Notes under the pieces: generated by a model
The model's database searches: none
What the model was told of the DNA's origin: nothing
Seen by the model: only the letters and a program-made list of their open reading frames with translations
In this document: positions 55,360-64,000 of the stretch, piece after piece
How positions within the stretch are numbered: the first letter of the stretch is position 1
How the letters are laid out: each line of letters opens with the position of its first letter
Origin: Octopus vulgaris
Taxonomy: Eukaryota
Assembly: GCA_951406725.2 (NCBI GenBank)
Contig: OX597830.1
Coordinates: 67,456,001 to 67,520,000 of the forward strand
DNA length: 64,000 nucleotides
Direction of reading: 5' to 3'
Position numbers and translations under genes: made by a program

Positions 55360-56400
55360 AGAGCAGCATCTACATTGCTTGAAGCAAGAGTCCAAGACAT
55401 TTTAGTCATGAACAAAGCACATTTCTCTGTGAGGGAGACAAACTTCTCACAGCAAGTGAGGGCATCGGATTGAGATAGGACAACCAATTTCACATGAAAT
55501 TCATGCTCATCCATAATACCACTCCATTGCTAATGGTTAAGCTGAAATCTCACCTGTCAGTATATAGACATTGGAAAAATGCATGCAGGACAGTTTTATC
55601 ATCCTCCGCATACCTCAGAGCCGTCTGTCTGACAGCATTTCCGTATCTGAAGTGGCACAGATCTCCAGTAGAACTGCCAGGCCAAAGATTCCTGGAAGAT
55701 CTCCACAGAACCCAGCCCAAAAGCCCTCCAAGAAAGAGTCGCTAGCTGATTCCTCCAGAGGTCCAGAATTTCTCTGAGGACGTCGCCGCTTTTGCCCGCT
55801 ACTAATCTCCTTTAGAAGTCTACAGTGGAACTTCTACCGACCGCATTGCCTAACTGGCACAAACTTGTGAGCGTTTGCCAATCGTCCTTTCTTGGCCTTT
55901 GCATGAACTAGGAGTGCAGCTCTGTCAATGAGACAAACTGTGGAAAGTCCTGCCCGAAAAATGGTGACCACACCCACTGACCGTTAAGAAAGTGCTGAAC
56001 ATACTGCAGCCTCAGTGCATGTCTGTGCATCATTAGTCATGGCATACCCACTCCTCCACTCAATGACTGTTGACTGAAGATGGACCGTCGGACAAGAGGA
56101 ACACATGCCTTGCACAGAAATTAGGAGAGCAAGCGCATCCAATGTGATCAGACACAAAGTGATGCAAGAGACGACTGTCAGGCTGTAGTAGATGACGGAA
56201 GTGAAGTATGTAGTCGCCATCTCCACCTGACCCTTCATAGACAACTCCATCTCTGCCCATTTCTTGATGAAATTGGCCACCCTGCTCATCACTCCCCATC
56301 AGTTCTTGACCACATGGAGTTCTAGACCAAACTGGATCACGAGCAGCTTAACTGGTCCTTCCGTCAATCACATTTCAACACTGTCATGGCATGGCCTGCC
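55360..56400 (-). mobile_element. L1/Tx1-like LINE fragment, degenerate
   Basis: KKWAE.ELS.KG.VE, same family as 48065-49265. Confidence 0.7.
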
Positions 56401-57810
56401 TCATTCGTCTTCCACTTATAATTAAACATCAGAAATATCTCATTTCAGAACAATTATCACCATTTAATTTCGATAATATTTCATCTGGGCTATGTTATGG
56501 GCAGTTATACTGTCTTAAACATTTGTTTAGTCACGTCGATAAATCTGCACATACATGAACTTTATTATTATTCTTGTTTACATACATTATTTGAGAATAG
56601 ACGATATGTTCAATCATTCCCATTTTGTCCAGTCTTTCTAATTGTTCCAGGGCAGCACACGATATATTGCGTTTGGGTTTGAAAACTGGTAATGAATTTT
56701 CCCTTACCTGAAATTTGGCTTAAAATTTATTGCACCAACCCAACTCATCCGAAAAAATATCAGTGAACAACCTTTTCACTTCTTTTAATAATATTTCTGA
56801 TTCTGAATTAGAACTGGTGCACAACTGCATTACATATTTATGATAATTATTTATGGGTAAATCCGATAAGTTGAACAATTCTATCCAGTCAGTTATAAAA
56901 AGGTTGCTTGTATGATTTTAATACATAAGCTTTCGCTTTTATAATCGTACTGCGAAATTTAATGCTACAGATAGTTTCACCTCTAAAATTTAATTTAATT
57001 CCCGAGACTCCACGTGCAATTTTCGAGGTTTCTTGTAACGTAGGTTTCCCAATAGTTTTCCATGTGGTTTCATTAACTAAAGTAATGTCACTACCTGCAT
57101 CTTACTGTAATTTTACATTTGTGTTATTAATTTTTATATCCCCAAATTTCATTTGAGTACCGTTTGTATTTCCTGTCACTGATAAACAATTTACATGATT
57201 TTTTCTGTTGAACTATCTTCTAAGTTTTGTTTTAGAGTGTGATTTTTTTTTACCTATCTTACCGCATTTGAAGCATTTTTGCCAGTCGAATCTGTTGTGT
57301 AATTCTCCACATCCAAAACATGGGTTAATTTTCTACTTTTCATTTCTTACTTTAAGCCACACTGACTGTAAATTTTCTCCTTTTCATTACTTACTTTTGT
57401 TTGCAACGACTGTAAATGAGAGCAATTTCTTATACTAATTTGTTCCGTATCGTGCCTTAGACTTATTATTCTCAGGCATTCCTCGGATATTTCTTGTAGA
57501 GTTAGCTTCTGATTCTGCTCTAATTTAGTCAGAATTCGGCTACGAATTTCCGTATCTTTCTTTGCTGTAAAACCTTATAAGAAAATTAAGCATTCAAACA
57601 TAATTCAATTTTGGTATGAGAAGTGGTATTAATTTTTTAATTTTGAATCACTTCCATTTCCTATTAACGATTCCAGCATATGTAATAAAATCTTTGTCCT
57701 CCTTTTTGTAATATTCATGCATTGCCAGCGTGTATTAAATAAAGAGCATTTTTCATGGAAAATCTTTGATAGCATGTTCACCATTTCTTCAGAATAGGTT
57801 TCACCTTCTT
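56400..57810 (-). mobile_element. Ty3/Gypsy gag-protease-RT remnant
   Basis: SLFNTRWQC, EIRSRILTKLEQ..KLTLQ, CFGCGELH knuckle, LQ*DAGSDITLV protease, PVFKPKR, VCADLS RT. Confidence 0.8.
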
Positions 57811-57814
57811 ATTC

Positions 57815-58175
57815 TTTTACTTGTTTCAGTCATTTGACTTCGGCCATGCTGAAACACCGTCTTTAGTCGAACAAATCATCCCCAGGAACTTATTCTTTGT
57901 AAGCCTAGTACTTATTAATCGGTTTCTTTTGCTGAACCGCTAAGTTACGGGACATAAACATACCAACATCGGTTGTCAAGCGATGGGGGAAGGACAAACA
58001 CACACACACACATAAAGGACGGGCTTCTTTCAGTTTCCGTCTATCAAATCTACCCACAAGACTTCGGTCGGTTGAGGCTATAGTAGAAGATAGTTGCCCA
58101 AAGTGTCATGCAGTGAGACTGAACCTGGAAACGTGTGGTTGGGGAGCAAGCTTCTTACCACACAGCCACTCTTGC
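57815..58175 (-). mobile_element. SINE
   Basis: Same family as 15250-15650. Confidence 0.85.
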
Positions 58176-58269
58176 TCGGCTGGTGCCAACTTTCTCAAAA
58201 ATAGTCGAATTTTGTCGATGAGGAGGTCCAACAAAACCTGTGATAAACAAATAATAATAATAATAATAA

Positions 58270-58840
58270 TCTCATAGCACAGGAATCTAAGGCCCAAACA
58301 ATAATACCAGTGATATCAGTGATGATAATAATAATGATAATGAAAGGAGTGAGTAGAGTCTCCCCGAGTCTCTCCATGTCCTGATTAATGATACATCTAG
58401 TGATGGTGTCACAATAAAAACACTGGTAATTGCGCAACCTGATAATCACTACCTCATATGAGTGACAATGAATAAACAAAATATCGTGAATAATGGTGGT
58501 AATGAAACTGAAGCCACTGACAGTGACAGTGGTACACCCGGTGGGCTTAGAGATTCTGGAAAGGGGCCACCTCACACGGCATAGATGGAGCAAGCAAATT
58601 AATGCTGTGTTCATGGTGTGTTACTACCTAAGCAACCCAGTAGATGAAAATGGTGCTCAACAAATAGGGGCTGCAATAAGGGTGGAGCACTTGCAGAAAA
58701 CAGCACTGCTTGGAACCTCTCGAATACTCCGGAAGGTGCTTGAAAAATAAGATGTGTTACCTTAGTTCACTGGTAGTGAACAGCTGACACTGTTGTACAT
58801 CTCCAGCGTTAGAAGCTGTACAAAGGCACTAATAATAATA
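58270..58840 (+). mobile_element. Short non-autonomous Dong/R4 derivative (5' end fused to 3' end)
   Basis: 58270-58660 matches 30130-30630; 58660-58840 matches 32343-32520. Confidence 0.85.
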
Positions 58841-58842
58841 AA

Positions 58843-59195
58843 AGAAGCATCAGATGTGGTGTGCAAGGGAGATGACCGTGCTGGTATGGTCATGTGGTAA
58901 GAATGGATGAGGATAGCTGTGGGAAAAAGTGCCACACCCTAGCAGTTTAGGGAACCAGTGGAAAAGGTAGGCCCAGGAAGATCTGGGATGAAGTGGTGAA
59001 GCACGACCTTCGAACATTAGGCCTCACCGAGGCAATGACTAGCGACCGAGACTTTTGGAAATATGCTGTGCTTGAGAATACCCGGCAAGCCAAGTAAGAC
59101 CGCAACCTCATGGCCTATGCCAGGGGTGTAACTAGGCCACTTATGCATACCTTTCCTTCATTGGACACTAAACTCTGCTTGTGAAGACCTGTTGG
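58843..59195 (+). mobile_element. RTE-like LINE 3' fragment
   Basis: agaagcatcagatgtggtgtgcaa... matches 9163 onward. Confidence 0.85.
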
Positions 59196-59199
59196 TCAA

Positions 59200-59700
59200 A
59201 CTATTGTCCAAAAAGAAGTGAAGAAATTGTCAAGGTACAAAAATCTAAGTTACTAATTAGTTTGTCTAAACTAACAGATGTCACTCTGGCTTTCCTTTTT
59301 AGAGGAACCCACCACATGTCATGGATGATAGCTACTGTTAATTCCTGTTTGACCAGCATTCTAACACAATCCCTGACATCATTCCGTGCTGAGAACTGTA
59401 AAGTTCCTGAATTTGTGTTCGGGGAAGCCAGCAATCTGAATCTGTGAACAATTCATATCATGGTCATTTACTACCCTAATGAAGACCCTCTCTAAATATG
59501 ACCTGCATGATCCACTGCAATTTGACCAAGTTCACAAGACCGTATTCAGGATATCAAGGCAAAGTCTATCAGATATTTAAGAATACTTAAGAAGTTATAT
59601 GAGACTTTGGTATTCCACTCCCACATCAGCTTTTCTCATATAATCTTTGCTTGAATCCGATTAACACTAATGACCGGGATGTTACTACAGTGGTTGTGCA
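59200..59700 (-). mobile_element. Possible highly degraded Gypsy integrase remnant
   Basis: Weak IAVDHAG..FRG.F..VVND similarity only. Confidence 0.3.
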
Positions 59701-60904
59701 GTTGTCGGTATTTTGTTAAGAATATCATTTATTTCCTAATGTGTTACTGCTTTGATATGCCACTGACAAACTGATAAAAGAGAAGCTCATAAAATGTGAT
59801 CCTTTCTTACTCGTACTTGTGTCTATCTTTTCTATGAGCTCTATTTTTTTGTACTCCAGTATTTGAGAATTTGCGATGTATGCAGGGTTACACAATATCT
59901 TAAGGATCTTTCTTTAATTGTCCCATGTAGTTTGCTATACATTCTGGGTTTGTTATTGAATAAATTTCTCTTGATTGCACAAATAAATCATTTTGTTTTT
60001 ATTTTGAAGAGCTGCTTTTTTTCCCAAACAACGTATATCTTATCGTTCTGACAGATTTAAACATAAATGACTGTTGGGCCTGCCACATGTTTCTATTCTT
60101 GTTTCTGTTGCTATTTTGTAGTTTGGTCTTTATTAATATTGTTTCATTGATTTATAGATAGAAAGATTTTCCTCCCTCCTTTTATTTGTGATAAGGTTCT
60201 CAGAGTATTTTACTCTTTTTGCTTTTAAATTAAATTTACTCATGTCAAACCACCTGATTTTGAAAGATAGGCATGTACGTGTGCACACACACACACACAC
60301 ACACACACATTTGAACATTTCAAACTAAAAGGAAAGAAATCAAAATGAATTCGTTCCTTCAGTTACATCTATATTTGTGCGTTGTTGGGATTTTTAGATG
60401 TGGTTATTCTTCTTTCTCTCTTGCTTGCTACTGTTCTATATTCACCCCTTCAAATTTATATTCTATTAAACCCTTGTTTTTAATAGCTATTTTTTCAGTA
60501 GTTAGCATGATTCTGTTTTATTTTCTAGTGTGGAAGAAGAAAGAAGAATAATGAGTAAGTAGACAGACATTTCCAGATAACTTTTATTCATCATATTTCG
60601 AAACCCCACTAAACCACTAAACCTTTGAATATCTGATTCTTAAAGAATTTAAATATCAATTTTTATTCTTATATATTTGGACAATTTAAACAATAATAAA
60701 CAACCTCAAGACAATTAGAGCATTAATAACTTAAAGTTAATTTCGTACAAATTATAAATACCATAAATACCTAATCACTACATGATGTTGAAAGAATTGG
60801 AAAATGAAAATGTAAGGTAAAAGGCTAATAATAATGAGATACCATCATTACAATAAAGCAACTAATACAATATAGTCCAAGAAAATATTCTCCAGATAAA
60901 CTCC

Positions 60905-61510
60905 CTGAAATGCAGAGAGTATGCAGCACAGATATTCACTATTACATTCGTGGATAATTTGAAACAATGAAACAACTGAAATTTGTTAAAGACTTTATTA
61001 GAAGACCGTATTTCATGTATTTTGGAGTGAAATTAAGTGATCAAAACAAACTATGAATCATTTCATTTACTGAACTTGGAATATAAATCTGAAGCAATGG
61101 ACCAAAAATAAAAGAAAGAGAATGAGTTTTATTGGACAAGTGGTCTGCTGAGAACTAACAAATCATCTTGACAATTCCTAATTTTGTATTTTTTATGCTG
61201 GATACAAATCGAAAATGAATTACTCAGTCTTGTTCTTGACATTTAAAGCTGAGCCTCATTGACCTGAATTGTATGTTGTTATATCTAATAAGTTTTTAAT
61301 GATCTGGAAGTCCTGTGAACAAAACTTATGCACAACCTGCTGATCTAGACTGAATTAAATGACTTAGTGTGTAAGTTAGATCTTTCAGTGACATCAGCAA
61401 AATTATTAAGCTCCAGCTTGAATCAAAATATCCTCCTAGCTTTGAGAACAGAATTTGGTTTTTATTGACAAGAGGAAAACATTTGCAGTTCTTCAGTATG
61501 GAAAGAGCAC
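60905..61510 (+). mobile_element. Degenerate DNA transposase remnant, Chapaev3-like
   Basis: YFGVKLSDQNK, RE.TNH.D...FC, ELNDLV.KLDLS..SAKLLSS.L motifs, many stops; family name from recall. Confidence 0.55.
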
Positions 61511-62194
61511 TGTTTAATTTAAACAGTTTAATTAATGGGCTTAAGATAGCACTAATGATAGATTAGCCAATTAAGAATTTTTTTTAATGTTTTGAGAAAA
61601 ACTCTAGCATTCCTAAAAGCTGAGGAAAAGTGTTAAAAGAAAATTGATATTTGGATGATGAAATACAAAAATATCAAACAGTTGTTGTTTCCTAGCAATA
61701 GAACAAAACGAAAATTCAACAATCCAAGAAAGGAGATCTGCTTTCTTTAACAGTGCACATACTAACCTGACACTGTTTTTTTTTCTATTATTCTAATTCT
61801 TCAGATATTGAATTAACATAAAACGTGAACATTGATGGCTGAGAGTGAATTTTATCTACAATATAGCAGTGTTAAACTATTATATGTATTATCTCGATGA
61901 TACTTGGTGTATTTCACTGTTTCATTATGGCAGGATAATGCAAGGGTGACTACATTTCTGTTATTGAAATATACCAACTTTTAATAAATTTATACAAAAT
62001 CTAATTTTCATAAATGTACATACAATGCTGTGCTACATGTAAATAAAAAGAGCTCAGTCTTTCTTTAAAATAGTTAAAATGACTATTCTGTTTATTATAC
62101 TATATAAAAGCAACACCACTTCTACTTATATGTGCATTTTGTGTTCACCATATTAACGAAATATAAAACTGTTTTTTGAAAAGTCTTGACATGA

Positions 62195-62231
62195 TATCAT
62201 CATCATCATCATCATTGTCGTCGTCGTCATC

Positions 62232-62263
<32 letters not shown>

Positions 62264-62300
62264 CATCATTCATCATCATCATCATCATATCATCATCAAC
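62195..62300. repeat. (TCA)n microsatellite
   Basis: Direct reading. Confidence 0.9.
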
Positions 62301-64000
62301 ATTCTGTATGTATTATGTATGTGTGTCTATGTATCAATGGTTTCAAGCTATTTGTTTTCATCCTCAGTAGTGGACCCGTCTGCTAGAGATAGCAGTAGTT
62401 CATTCCACCACGGAGCTCAAGTAGCTTGAAATTGGAGGGTCAAGTGGTCCTGTCATCTGCTACAAGATAATAAGGGTTTGCTTGCCTGCTTGAAATATAT
62501 ATTGGGTGGAGATTGCCTCACTAACCAGCTGTAAACATTATATGTAAACATTGGCAAAAACACACCTTTAGTGCATATAAGTAATCTCTATCATTATATA
62601 TAATTTAAACATTAATTTCCTTTGTATTTAACATTCACTATTAATATCCCTACTCTTTCTGTAAGCTACTTCTGACGTTATATTATATAACGTTTTTTAA
62701 ACAATATTAATAGCGTTCAGTTAATCACTATACAAATCCATCATTTTTTGCTAAAATGTCTTATTGACGAGTTTTGTTTTTTTAGTTTCCTGAAGACAAG
62801 ATTGCATTGTTTATACCATTTATTCTTTTGAATAATATCAGTGGAATTTTCGAAACATGTGTCGAAAGTAAAAATATTTGATTTATACCTGAGTTAAACT
62901 CCAGGTATATATTTATTCATATGTATCATCATCAACATCATCATCATCATTTAACGTCCGATATATGTGTATATAATACTGGGATTTTAACAACTGTTGT
63001 TCTTATAGAACTTACATATACCCGAGAAAGAATACTAGAACCATTTTACGACTGATTAGCAAAGTTATCTAATGTAGCTACCTGGCAAAGTAATCCGTGA
63101 AAAAGATCTCTTTTGAATTCTCTTGTCCAAGCAAGCAAGAAAAAGAAAAATTAATCCTACAAATGGATGAAAGATACTAAAAAATATATATATATATTTA
63201 CAGCTAAATATACAATATACCTCGTTTATGAGGTTTAATTAAATGTATATAGAGAATAGATTGAATTATAAACAGTACCAAATTACTTTTTTATATTCTG
63301 ACTTAATTTTCCTAATTTATGAGTATTGTAATAATATTTAATGATTGTTCATGCAAAACATAGAATTACTCAGAATATGGGACTTGACTATACAGTGTAA
63401 AGGAATATACATTTTCATAGGACTTCCTATGAAGTAATCCTACTTCCTAAAATTGACATCTTTGAAAGGTCACCAGTCCTTGTGAGAAAATGTGTTTATT
63501 AATAAATATATTGATAGGTATACAATGGAAAGAAGAAAGAAAGGAGAAACAAAAAGAAAAGAGCTTTGTAATGTAATTTCGAGGAATTGACCACATTAAA
63601 TTAAAAAGAAACCTCCATCTATCTATATATCTATCTACTTTAACTTCTATCTATGTATGTATCTGTCTATCCTTTCCCCTCCTATGTTATTATTCTTTCT
63701 TCTCTTTCTTGAGTTTCCTGAAACCACTCTCTCTATCTGTTTCCCCACCTCTTTGCTTTTCCCCCCAAAAACAAACACAGTATTCTCCTTTTCTAAACAA
63801 AGCAAAACAAAAATCTAATTCATATAAATGAACAGCAAAATCTTCAGTTTTTACCATTTTTATTTTGATGTTGTTTTGATGAGCTAGAAAAACGAACAAA
63901 AGCACTAATAAAGGATTATCCAAAATTCCTACTGTCCCCTTTTCTCTAAACATATGAGTGTATGTATATATATATATAAGTAGGGGAATGAATTATCCTA

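Noticed and set aside
56651-56688. 38-nt ag…gt segment with the same length and phases as exon 17866-17903 (possible start of a third module)
   Set aside because: No similarity to WIQENIK and it lies antisense within a Gypsy RT remnant; likely chance.

Overview
AT-rich, repeat-dense eukaryotic (metazoan) DNA. The SINE/LINE/microsatellite content resembles a coleoid cephalopod, probably Octopus (inference, not verified). Most ORFs in the track are spurious or transposon-derived. Hidden among the repeats is one + strand spliced gene; I read 13 exons by hand, all GT-AG and phase-compatible. They encode the N-terminal MHR1/2 (SLOG-fold) and early MHR3 region of a TRPM (TRPM2-like) channel. The key oddity is that after the 'L.L.WN+.D....IF....W' exon (15699-15793) the exon chain does not continue into MHR4 or the transmembrane domain. 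It returns in frame to the very start of MHR1 (WIQENIK, 17866) and runs through a second complete 9-exon, 362-aa module ending at 54459. Flanking introns are duplicated too, so this is a ~40-45 kb tandem duplication giving a predicted multi-SLOG TRPM-derived protein. The second module has replaced residues of the nucleotide (ADP-ribose)-binding pocket (e.g. GGPGT to EELET). No transmembrane exons are visible in the window. Introns hold RTE-like, Dong/R4, L1/Tx1 and Penelope retroelements (with a candidate hammerhead ribozyme in a ~300-bp inverted repeat), Gypsy, mariner, Helitron and Chapaev-like fragments, a MITE and tRNA-type SINEs.
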